This document shows positions 32,707 through 44,298 of a stretch of DNA of 64,000 bases, piece by piece; positions within the stretch are counted from its first letter, which is position 1, and each line of letters begins with the position of its first letter. The notes below the pieces were generated by a model, which saw only the letters and a program-made list of their open reading frames with translations, was not told the DNA's origin and searched no databases. Position numbers and translations under genes: made by a program. Origin of the DNA: Gekko japonicus (lineage: Eukaryota); assembly GCF_001447785.1 (NCBI RefSeq), contig NW_015167083.1, forward strand, positions 536,873 through 600,872, in the 5' to 3' direction.

Positions 32707-34918
32707 GTATAAGGCAGCTTCACATATTCATGTATGAATGAAAGGGCAAATTGTGCTTCAGTTTTGAAGTTGAGTCGAAGGGAAGTACCCTGGTTTGTTA
32801 GAGCTGTATGGGGATTCTATAGAGGAAATATCCTTGGATTCCAAGTTGTCCTGTTCCAATCCAACTTTTCTGATGTCACCACCAACGGAGGGTTATTTTC
32901 AAATAGGGCCATCCAAGCTGATGTTGGGAATAGAGCTGTTAAGAGAAATTCTCTTAATTCCTCTTTACCCAATTTCTCCCTGAAACCCAGCAAGCAGTTT
33001 CTTCTCTTTTTTAGGAATTTGGACTCAGTTTCAAATCAGTTCCATTTTGAATGAAGGGAAATTCAAAGAGAGGATGAACAGGAAGGGAGATTCTGGAAAA
33101 TTTCAGAATTTTGCTCTAAAGGTGATCAGAGGCAGGAAATATGTTCCCCTCCTGCTAGAGCACCACCCTGTTGTGTGTAACATAACACAATTGCAAGGGC
33201 TGAAGTTACAAAAGGGTGCACTGACTTCTTGTCAAAGAGAAATAAGAGAGAAAGAGAAAAGAGAAGAATCAATGGCTACATCTTAAAAGGGGAATTTGGA
33301 AAAAAGAAACTCCCCTCCCCATAACAATGCTTGTTGGAACAACAACAACAACAACAATAATAATAAATATTTCAGCCTGTTCAGGGAAAGTATCCATTTT
33401 CAGATGTTACTTCCTTGGCTCTGTGACAGTGTCCTTGGGACAAATGTGCTACCTGTGATCCTACTGAAATTCATATTACCCTTTTGTCTTTTGATAGCCA
33501 TTTCTTCAGATTAATCTGTGATTGCATGTTTGTTCTGAAGCTGGAATATATGCATTCTGCCCCTTTCACCACCACAACAACAAAACTGCTGCACGTATTG
33601 AGAATCATGTGCAACACATTTGTCCTTTATGTACACTCAGATGTAACAACCAAACAGGCCAAAAACAACATGGCTTTTCCTGGCTGTGATGAAGAGTTAA
33701 GGACTATGGGGCCAGGAAGAAAGCTCAGGACATCTTAAATAACTGGCAGAGACTGACTTTTTATACAAGGATACGGTGACTGCTAAGCTGAGATTTAACA
33801 TAGCTCATTAAAATAATTACTAAATGATGACACTTAGTAATTTAGTAATTGATGAGCTGAAGCTAATGAATAAGTATATGCAATAAAATAACTTGCTTTC
33901 ATTAACTGATTACAAGAATATATACCTTTAAAAATAATTTGATTAGTTTTCATGTCTTGTATTGGCAGTATTTCTTTGCTTTACAGTCATATCACTCCAA
34001 GACTTGCCAGTGCTATCATGGCAGAATACATTTCAGCAATAAACTGGTATGGTTAGTCTAGTCGCCATGTTTGATCAGGGTAACCTGCTGGATGGATGGC
34101 ATTTAGTACAACTTCCTTATTTTGATCTGCATGCTCAGTGCAAATGACATTAGACATTTGGGAGCTTGTTAGAGAAAACAATTGCCAGAATGTAATTAGT
34201 AATGGTAAAACTTTCAGCAGTGTTTAATTGATGAGAAGTGTTGCCACAAACAACTCTGACAACTCTGCTTTCAATTAAACCCCCTTCTACAAATGCCTGA
34301 TTAAGTGTTTCATGAATCACTTTGGAAAGAACTTGAGAGGAAATTCTAAAAGAAATAAGAGTAAAGAAAGGCCTTACTTCTCACAGTCTCATCCTGTTAA
34401 GGTATGGAAAGAAGGCAACAATGTAAGAATTAACATTTCAAATCTGATTTTGCCAAGGCTTGGTAAGCCATGATGGTAAAACAATAGCCCTAAATGATGT
34501 TCACTTCATAATTTTAATAAATCAGTAGGGGAAGTTAGAGGTAATTACTGTTCTACAACTGTTAGTCAAGTATGCTTCACCTTGGATTTTAAATACTGTG
34601 TTTTGAATTCAGATGTACCTTCCTAAGGGGTCAGTTGAGAAATTAAAACAACCTGTGAGTAAAAAGCATCATAGTGGTCCATATGTACAAACAAGTTCCT
34701 TTGGGCCACTGGCAACACAACCCTGTGAGTAAAAAGCATCATAGTGGTCCTCTGGGCCACTGGCAACACATCAGGTGCTGCTGTGCTCAGGCCCAGATGG
34801 TGGTAACCATGATGATGATAGGTGGTGGTTCAGCTGTTGCCTCTTCACAGTTTCCCAATAGTGATGGCTTAACTTTTAGCAGACTAAGTCCAAGTTCCAG
34901 CCATACTGGTCTAACAGT

Positions 34919-35446
34919 GGGTGTGATCACACAAGCAGTTTGGCCTGACATAGCCACCTCTCCCCTGTGGATTAAATGGGCACAGTCACACAGCCACATC
35001 AGTCAGGCATTCCCCAGGCATACTCACCCCATAGTAGGATGACTTGGAGCTGAATGAAAAAAGCACCAGAAGTGGTGTTCTTGCTTTCCCGCACATTCAT
35101 CGTGTGTGACCGGATGTCTGAACGCGGGGGAGCCCATGCAAAACGGATTGGCAGTCTGAACCTACAGATCCACTTCCACCATTGGGGTCATTTTTTTGTG
35201 GAGTTTTTGCCTATATGCACATGTGCGTACATGTGCACATATGCGTCCACCTGCATTTAAAAAAATAACTGGGCAGCATGCTCTGTGACTGAAGCACTAC
35301 AGTAATGTGGATGCTTGACCAGGGGAACACCACGTGGGTAGCCCACAGCAGGGTGTGCTGTCTGGATGATATGCCCCGCAACATTTTACACTGGTACAAT
35401 TAGAGGTGATGCCATATTATGCCAAGCTGCCAGTGTGATCACACCC
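34919..35446. mobile_element. Harbinger-like MITE, older relative
   Basis: TIR gggtgtgatcacac / gtgtgatcacaccc; ~528 bp, similar in size to the 18877 family. Confidence 0.6.
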
Positions 35447-35575
35447 AATGTCTATGCTGCAGCAGCCATTTGGCTCAGACCTACACACTTTCCTTTTGCT
35501 ATATCCCATTCTGATGCCAGAGCATTGCACAGTGCACCCCATTCAGTGTGCATGGAATCCTTCTTTTAAAGAAAT

Positions 35576-37417
35576 TAGGGATGGGCACGAACCAGCTGAT
35601 AAACTAAAGTTCGTCATGAATTTTGGCCTGTTCGGGAATCGCGAACCTAAATTCGTGAACTGAAGAACTGGGATGAACTACCATGAATGCTGGGCACAAT
35701 TTGTGGTGGCTCATGACAGTTCATGAAGAGCAGAAACTGCTTTTCAGGAGAAACAGCAGAGCAGCCAGGAGCTCCCTGCTGCTCAGCTGTTTGGTTTAAA
35801 TGGCTCAGAACCATGGCTCTGAGCCATTTAAACCCTGCTTTCAGCTCCCCATGGTTTTTTATGGGGAGCAGAAAGTAGGGCTTAAATGGAAAGGGTGAAG
35901 TCCCTTCCTGGGAGATCTTCCCTCACACCTTTATGCTGGTGGCGGGGAGCTGCTGCTAGCAGAATGGAAGTGTTGCATTAAGGGAAAAGCCTGGCAATCT
36001 CAATCTACCTGGGGTTTCCAAGATACACAAATACGACAGCAAGTAAAGCAAGATACAGGAGCAAGGTCTATAAACCAGTCCAGAGTCAGAGATCAAAAGG
36101 TCCAGTCCAGGGATCAGAGGAAGGAGGGTCCAGGACTCGGGAAACCAGTGCAACATACAAGTTCTGGGTCTCAAGCTGTAGGAGCAAGCAAGGTTAACAA
36201 AGACGGAGTACAAGGCAGCAAATCAGAGTAGAGCTCTGTTCACTAAGCAGGTAAGCTCACAGAGGGGTGTGGCAAGCAAAGTTGCTTACATGCTGTGCCT
36301 TGCTTAGCATTTTATTTTTATCTGCCTCCTTTTGCTGATTCATCCCCTGAGGCCCAGGTGTCACTTCTTACCACTGTATTCATTGTCCTCCAGGTGCAAC
36401 TTTTTACTGCTTCCCTATCAGCCTGTCAATCCTAGTCCTGTAAAGGCTCCATTCCAGGAATTAAGCCTGACCACTGCTGGATGATCAGGCAGGAGCTTTG
36501 TCTTGTCTCTAGAACTGTCAAGTGCTCTCTCCCCCTTCTACGCTCTGCTGGTTCAGGAGACACTGGTGGTGACTGAGGCCCTAGTCTCCATGTCATCTCT
36601 TTTTTCTTCTGCCAGAATGAGCAGCCTGGCTATGACTGGAAAGTGTTCTTATTTCCCAATTCTTCTCCCATTGGGTCTGCTTCTCAACCCAGCTGTTCAG
36701 GTGGGTATTCCACTGGTGCATGGCCCAACTCTTCCAATTCCTCTGGCCCATGACATAAGGGGGGGGGAGATCTAAAATCTTCCCTCCCTCCTTTTTGCTG
36801 GCAGATACTCCCTGTGGCCAGCAAAAAGGAGGAGGGGGGGAAAGATCTGAGATCTTCCCTCCCTCCTTTCTTCTGGCAGTGGTTCCCCATGGCCAGCAGA
36901 AAAGAGGGGGGGGAGATCTCCTGGGAAGATCTTCCCCCTTTCTGCTGGCTACTGTTTTTCAGGCTGTCTTGTGCAGTCCTTTTAAAGTTTAAAGGGACTG
37001 AACAAAGCACAAAACAGTTGCATGGTGGGGAGCACCTCCCTGCCCCACAGGGTGGTTTTTTTTGGCTGTCTTCTGCTGTCCCTTTAAACTTTAAAGGGCC
37101 TGCACTTTAAAGGGGCTGCACAAGACAGCCTGAAACAGCTGAGCAGTGGGGAGCAAGCTGCTCCCTACCATTCAGCTGTTTTTCCAGCTTTCTGCAAACA
37201 CCATTTAAAAGGACTACAGTCCCTTTCAATGGGGTTTGCAGGGCCACGAACTGAACAAACAGTTTGTTAACAAGCCTTCCAGCTGGGTTTGGTTCAGGGC
37301 TTGGTCTGTGTGCTGTCATGGACCTCTAACCACATTTTCCTGGTCCATTTTGGTTCAGGGCTTGGTCTGTGTGCTGTTATGGACCTCAAACCACATTTTC
37401 CTGGTTGACCATCCCTA
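35576..37417. mobile_element. hAT (Ac-like) non-autonomous element with nested LTR(s)
   Basis: TIR tagggatgggc / gaccatcccta; 8-bp TSD aaagaaat / aaggaaat (7 of 8); subterminal gaac/gttc repeats. Confidence 0.8.
35971..36637 (-). mobile_element. Solo LTR nested in the hAT element
   Basis: TG start, tatgact end (CA mutated); flanks ggaag / ggaaa; composition like 32045-32626. Confidence 0.55.
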
Positions 37418-37691
37418 AAGGAAATTATTGGGATGGTCTAACCCTCTTGTCCTTGATTGTGCTGCTTGTCACTTAGGGAACAAGTCATTTTTGATATCTG
37501 CTTCTTTCCACCCATCTTGCTTTCAGAAGACAGCGTCACTTATCTGTTCTGCAGCTGTGGGCATGCACCACATAGAAGTATCTCTTAATTGAGGCTTAAA
37601 TGTGTTTTGGGATAGCTGAACTTTATTAGTAGCCAAGTCTTATAAAATACAAAGCTGAGAGAAAAGGTGATAGGAAACAACCACTGTGGAA

Positions 37692-37880
37692 AGGGCTATG
37701 CTTCAATGTTAAATAATCTGCTTTGCATCAGTGTTCCAGGTTTGATCCCTGGCATCTCTTGTTAAAAGGATCAGGTAGTAGGTGATGTCTCTACTGAGAC
37801 CCTGGAGAGCTGCCACCAGTCAATTGACAATACTGACAGAGCGATGGTCTCATTCCATATAAAGAAGCTTCATGTATTCA
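37692..37880 (+). mobile_element. Squam2-like tRNA SINE
   Basis: Degenerate A box, B box ggtttgatccc, body tgagaccctggagagctgccaccagtc, tail ataaagaagcttcatg. Confidence 0.75.
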
Positions 37881-38131
37881 ACATTAGGGACATCTAGTAG
37901 CTCAATGGTGCTTGGCTAGGATAAATGCTTGATTTTTAGTAGGTGAGAAGTAGTAACCCTATAGCCTCTTTAGGGACATTTTGGAGAACATGAATCTGAG
38001 GGTTCAGAGCTATGCACACTTACTTGGGGATAAAGTTAATTTAACTCAGTGAGATTTAGTTTTGAGTAAACATGTATACGATCAGGTTCCATGATTGCAA
38101 CCCTAAACCCATATGCAGTGCAATCCTAGCA

Positions 38132-38935
38132 TGTTGAAATATACTGGGTTCAGACGTGTTGAGTGATTAACTCATAGTTTATTAGTGGTTTCAGCTCAAA
38201 CTAAAGACAACTCTAGAAGGGCCAGAGCCCTGCTTATAAGCACACCCATCACACACCCACTCCCAACAATAGGCTATTTACAGAGGCACTCCTGGATCCT
38301 AGCAGTCTATTGTTCTGTGTCCCCAAGCTGGGGTTGACGAGATTAGGCTCAGTACACAACACCCCTCCCCTCAAGGTTCAGAACACCCTAGCACACATAG
38401 TCCCTTAGGTAAGTCGGCCTGCGTCACTAGCAGTTCGAGCGACGTGGTTCCGTCGGTGGTGTTGGGGCTACTTGCTCTGGTTCAGGTGCAACAGCCACAG
38501 GACTCGGGGGCAGCGGTGGTGTTGGCACAACCTCGGACCCATCCGTTATTTTATTCATTTTTATGTTATTTTATTTCATTTATATCTCGCCCTCCCCGCT
38601 CGCCTGTTCCGGCATTGCACTCACTGGTCCATCGAGGGTTTCGCTGGCTGTGGGCTGTTCGCTGGGTGCTGGTACCCCTCGCTCGGTCTCTGGCTCCAGC
38701 AGCTCTGGCAACTCTGCGTCGTCTTCATCCGGGGTCATTGAGGGCAGGCCCAGCTTGGCAGGGAGGAGACGGTGGCAGAGTTGGTCGATGTGTCTCCTCA
38801 GTACCTGTCCGCCATCAGTGGATACTTTGTAAGAGAGGGGGCCGATGACTTGTATGACTTTGGCTGGAATTCAGGTGGGGCCACTGGAGAAGTTCCAGGC
38901 ATAGACCGGGGCACCCTTGGGGTGCCGCTTGATAC
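38132..38935 (-). mobile_element. Gypsy LTR retrotransposon 3' remnant (integrase C-terminus, PPT, 3' LTR)
   Basis: GAPVYAWNFSSGPT..PAKV..VIGPLSYKV....GQVLRRHIDQL and RRPTYLRDYVC*. PPT gaggggagggg (38362-38372). LTR TG(38361)...CA(38132) with AATAAA. Confidence 0.88.
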
Positions 38936-38939
38936 TCAG

Positions 38940-39487
38940 GGGGGGCATGAACTGGCTCGCGAAACTTTGTTCATGAGTTTTGGCTGTTTCATGATCCATG
39001 AACTGAAGTTTGTGAACTGCAGCCTGATAATGAACCTCCATGAACTTTAAAGGCAGTTCATGGAGGTTTGTGGGTTCATGGGAAGCCAAAAGCAGGGGTT
39101 TAAACCCCTTCTCCTTCCCAACAAAATCCGCCAGGTTGCTTCACATGGCTCATCTGTTTAAAGAGGCTTTCATGGGTTCTGCTCTGAGCCATTTAAAGTA
39201 AACATCTGAGCAGTGCTCCATGGCTGGGAGCAATTTAAACCACTTCTTTCTGATCTTTGTTGCTTTCTGACACTCAGCTGTATGGTTTGGCTTAGAGCTA
39301 TTTAAACCCCTGCTTTCTTCTCCTCATGAAAAGCAATGGGGAGCAGAAGGTAGGGGTCATGAACCCATATGTACTGGTTCAGTTTGCAACCTGACTTCCG
39401 AGTTCATATAAGTTCATGGTTTGGTCCGTGGTTTAGCCATGAACCATAAACCAAACCACAAAAAATGCAGATCATGCCCATCCTTAT
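38940..39487. mobile_element. hAT (Ac-like) MITE, same family as 35576
   Basis: gggcatgaac...catgcccatcctta termini; shares internal ctctgagccatttaaa blocks. Confidence 0.7.
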
Positions 39488-41493
39488 CCAGCACCCATGA
39501 AGACGTTAAAAATGTCCCACTTTTTTAAGTTTAAAAATTATTTGGAATGACTCCACTAATTAAATTATTCTGTGTCATAAAATGCCTGCCATGCTCTGAT
39601 GGAGTAACTGAAAGGTCTAATACTCTTAACTATTATTAAGTAAAATACCTAAAATGGCAAACAAGACCTGTATGGGAAAACACCAACTACTTGTCTCTGA
39701 TTGCTGCCTGGATCTGCATTTTTCAGCCTAATTTAACAACACCCAAGTGAGCATCTCACAAAACAAAGTCTCTTCAAGCTGCAATTGTCTGATATTCAGG
39801 ACAGTAATGTTTTACATGCAAATGGTGGTTTCCTAATGCTGGAAAATACAACTAAATTCTTCTGACCCATTTTTAAATGCCTTTTGGTGCAGTGCAGCAT
39901 AGATAATTTAGACTCGAGCTGTTCTAAGCACATACAATTAGATTTGATTTAGGTCAACCACACTACCATAACTCAATGAAATTTTTTCCACTTTAAATCA
40001 AAACAAGAATATACATGGGTGCCAAGGCTGTCATCATCTTGTGGATGTGCTGTAATCCCTTTGTTTGTGATACAGCAGCAAAGATTTGGATCTATCAATC
40101 CCGGAGCAATTGTCTGGATCCCGTATTTTCCTCCTTTATTTACTGCCGAATTGGTTCTATGATTAGGTTCTTCTTGTCCCCTATAATCTTTCAGTTATAT
40201 CCTCGGGATCCTTGTCACTACTAAACTGGATTAAGGCCTTGATTCCTGATAAGATAAAGACTAAGAAGCTTGAGGATATAAAGATAAACGTGTATTGTGT
40301 GTGTGTGTGTGTGTGTTCAGAAGGTGAAAAGTATGAAGCTTAAGCATGCAGAGAAGTGGTACAAATATAGCTTGGCAGCTGTGTTAAGCCTGTGAAGACT
40401 GACAGAATCCAGTGAAGGAAGGAAGCCTTTTAACTAATAGTATGGAGCATTTAAATAGCACTGGATAATTTTTTTTAAAAAGAAAAAATCTTTCCTGTGC
40501 TTTAGGGATAACAACCTTGGTTCATGGAAAGAAAGCAACACAGCTTTTTGAAATTCCTTTGATAAAGTGACAGAATAGTTAAGACGAGCAGAAAGCAAAT
40601 AGACACAAACTATAGCCCAAAAGGACAAAAATCACCTACCCACTCCATATTCATAAGCTGCTTTCGCTATCCCTTTGGCCAGCATGTTTGCACATACATG
40701 ACAACAGAGTCTGATCATTATATAAGACTCAAAGGAGACTTCAGCCTGTCTCCGTGAAGCACAAAACAGAATGAATCCAAAAACATTCTATATATGTTGT
40801 AAATGAGATTTAGATATTTAAAATTAATATGGCATTTCCTGGACTGAAAGCATTGCATTGCAATGTTTATATAAGAACTTCTTCTGGACTCTACTTTGCT
40901 AGCCAAAGCAGGCGCGGGAGAGGCACTGGTAGTTACAGCAAATCTATTTACACAATCAACATCCAGAGGAATTGTCCAAGATAAATTAACCTGAGGTGAG
41001 AATCCCACACTATACAATGAGAAAACACTAAGGTATTTTAAAGTCTCCTTCTGACCATATATCTGACAGTATAGTCATGACCTACTTTACAAAAGAAGCA
41101 AAACATTTTTCCCCCTCTGTGTGTAATTCATCCCAGCTCTTACCATTGTATTACATATTGTATGCAGGGATGAAACATGAATCATGTCATCCCATTTCCC
41201 CCCTCCTCCACTCTTTCAGAGCTTGGACATTTCATCATTAGTTTTCTAAATTAAGTTGCAGAAGCACCATTTTGAAGGAGTACCATAAGCACCCAGAAGG
41301 CTAGATGTTTCAGATGGTTTAGAATCAGAACTCAATTTGAGGATGGTGGGGAAAATGCAGACACTGAGAATGAGCTAAAACGATCATGTGAAATCAGCAT
41401 GGAATTGGGGAATCAGGTTCCTGAGGTAGCAATCAATCAATCAATCAATCCAATATACCACATGCATGTGGTAACCGTTATAAACCCTCATAA

Positions 41494-41706
41494 ATAAGAA
41501 GAGGAGAAGAAGAGATTGGATTTATACCCTGTCCTTCACTACCCAAAGGAGTCTCAGAGTGGCTTACAATCCCTTTCCCTCCCCACCACAGACCACAGGT
41601 GAGGTAGGTGGGGCTGAGAGAACTCTCTTGAGAACTGCCCTTGAGAAAACAGCTCTGAAGAACTTATGACTGACCCAAGGTCACACCAGCAGCTGCATGT
41701 GGAGGA
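41494..41706 (-). mobile_element. Squam3-like SINE, 5'-truncated
   Basis: gattggatttataccc...gtctcagagtggcttac...cccaaggtcaca. Confidence 0.85.
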
Positions 41707-42873
41707 TAACCAATACATTGTGTGAAAACAGAACTCTCCCTATAGTAAGTAGATTCTCTAGAACAGGCTTCAGTGACTTTCAGAAGAATACATGAACTAC
41801 TTTATTTGGACAATATGGTGTTTGAGATAATGTGGAATGATATGACAATTCAGTCACAAGTATTAGATTTGTGCTTCAGAGATTGTGCTTCGCTAAAGAT
41901 TGCCATATGGCCTGGTTGCCTGGGTTTTGTTCAAATTTGGTTATCATGTCTGAATCATTAAATAGTATCTAGAGGAGATGTAGTTTTGGTTACTTGAAGC
42001 AGGGGATTTGGAGGGGGGGGCGTGATGGGCATGTTTCTCTAGAACCAGTCTCGTCATACTTCAAACAGGATAAGATGTTCTCTGCTTTAATTAATTTGTT
42101 GACTACTGGAGTCTGAAAAAAACCAAAAGGAACAAACACAGTGAATAACAGATTAAAAGTTGTTTTGAAAAGCAACTAATTAGTAGAACCCCACTGACAG
42201 GAAAGCAGGAGGTTGGTGAAGGTTCTAATGTCTTAACTGGCTTAAATTCAAGTACATCAGCTTCACTAGACTGTGGAGCAGGTTTTCAGTGCTACATTTC
42301 CTGCTCTTTTTCAAGTGGAGCACTTGTAATTTGTTCTCTTTTAATTTGTTTATTAGTATTTTCTTATCATACTCTTTTCTCTGTTTTAAAACACTCAGAT
42401 GTTAATCCCACAATTTATGTCCCCAAATTAGGCATGCTCGAGCCGATTGGATCTTAGCATGGTTCTAACCGTGTTAGACTGTAGCTTCAAAGAGGTGCAG
42501 AGCAGTTTTCTAATTTTTATAAAAGTGTACCTGCTTGTAGAATTCAAGATCTTATGCCTCATTGTAATTGTGTAAGAGGAATATCCACCTGGAGGAGATT
42601 TCTACCATTTTTCCAGTTCTGCTTCAGACTCCCTGAAACCCCCACATTGTTCCCAAATGTTTTGCAGAGGGTGGAAACATTCCTAGGCAGGGGATGTTCC
42701 TGTAGGAGATGCTTGTGAATGATCACTTCTGAATTTCTTTCTCCATCCCAAACTGGAATCTTTGTACAGTAGTATTCCCCCTAAATGGAGGGGGTGCAAA
42801 CTGCAATGTCTCCTTTCAAGTCTCCACTTTGTTACTGCCAGTGGTCTGTCTCTTTGTTTGAGGAAATTAGCTG

Positions 42874-43442
42874 TGTGGCATGAGAGACCAGAGGGGTACA
42901 AGGGACCGCTCACCAGATCATACCAAGGTCTGGTACAGTAGGAAGACTCCAGATTTGAAGAGTAAGTTAAATAGTTTTTATTTAAAAGTTTCCCTAATTA
43001 CAAGCACATTAAGCATTCAAAAAGAGCAAGCAATAGAGAACTAAGAAAGTCGAGGAGATTGATAGTGAATAGAGAATTCAGTTATGGGGTTATACAATCT
43101 GTCCAGAATGTGCAAGGATCCATGGAGATGGGATTATGGCCCAAACGTAAGTTTGGGGGTAGACTGCCAGTTGGCATCAGGGCAGAGGCACACAAAATCT
43201 GAGGCCTTGTGCTCAGATGGATATAGACATTAGAGAACAATGCTGAACAATAGGAGACCTTGAGGGGCTTGCCCCAGGTAAAGACAAAAGATTATTTCTG
43301 TGATCTCATGTAAGACAACTGGATTCCATAATGAAATTCTTCTCAAAGAATTCTTCCATCATACATCCTTAGTTTTAGATTACTTCAGTACAGAGAATAG
43401 ATGGCCCTACTTTTTGCTCTGGGAGTATCAAAGTTCTTAACA
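42874..43442 (-). mobile_element. Possible solo LTR (ERV-like)
   Basis: TG...CA boundaries and a minus-strand AATAAA near 42980; no convincing TSD. Confidence 0.3.
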
Positions 43443-44298
43443 TTGAAAAGTAAAGAAAGGTCATATCAACTTGTGAAACAGGTTATAAAGTGGTTTTAGA
43501 GATTAGCCTGTAGGTATCCTTTCCCTTACAAGAATTTAAGTGGCTAATTGTTAATTATAAAATATTATTTTGTGCACATTAAAAATAGTGTGTGATTTAT
43601 AGTATTGTACTATTGGCATAGGACCAAAAAGCCATAAACCTGCAAGAACATTTCAATATACCAGATTCAAAGTTAAAGGCATATTTTGTGGTGGATGGAA
43701 ACTTTTAACCATTCACTGCAGTCAGCAGAATAAAAGTTGGTATCCATTGAAAGGGAAATAGAAAGACAGAAATTATCTTACATTTTTTCCCTTGTAAAAA
43801 GTAATGTCTAATTTATTCCTCAAAAGGCAGCTTTATCCACAAACCAAGTTTTAGCCTAGTATTCAGTGAATTGTATCCAATGGTTTCCATGTGCTGTGAG
43901 ATAAAGTGGGATCCAACCCATTAATTTTGTTACATTTCCCCATCAGGGTACTGAAAAGTTCAAAGTGCTAATTTAGCCACACTTTTAATCCTTGGTCCTG
44001 TGAAGAAGGAGAATTCTATGGTTGAATGGGAAGGATACATATGAAGTTAGAATGTGTATGCATGGAGGAGGACAGAGGGTGGTTGCACAGTTTCCTTCAA
44101 CTTGGTATTGGATCTAAACCTTCAGCTTCGTACTAGATCTGAAACACTTGAAGCATGTGCAATAAGGTAATGGTTGCTCAGATGTAAGTTAAATTAATTA
44201 ATTAATTTCATAGTTCACCTTTCTTGCTGTGACTAAGGGTGGATCACACGGTATATTCCTTTATTTGTTATATGGCAGAGTTACACACAGGAAGTATA

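Larger units (their letters stand above)
29933..32730 (+). mobile_element. Squam2-like tRNA SINE split into three pieces by nested insertions
   Basis: Head 29933-30031 (tggctcagcggtaga, gtttcaatccc), middle ~30506-30590, tail gtataaggcagcttcac 32708-32730. Compare the intact copy at 37692-37880. Confidence 0.7.

Noticed and set aside
32734-33054. 106-aa plus-strand ORF; minus frame REKLGKEELREFL faintly like L1 ORF1
   Set aside because: No recognisable domain, stops in the minus frame, similarity too weak to call.
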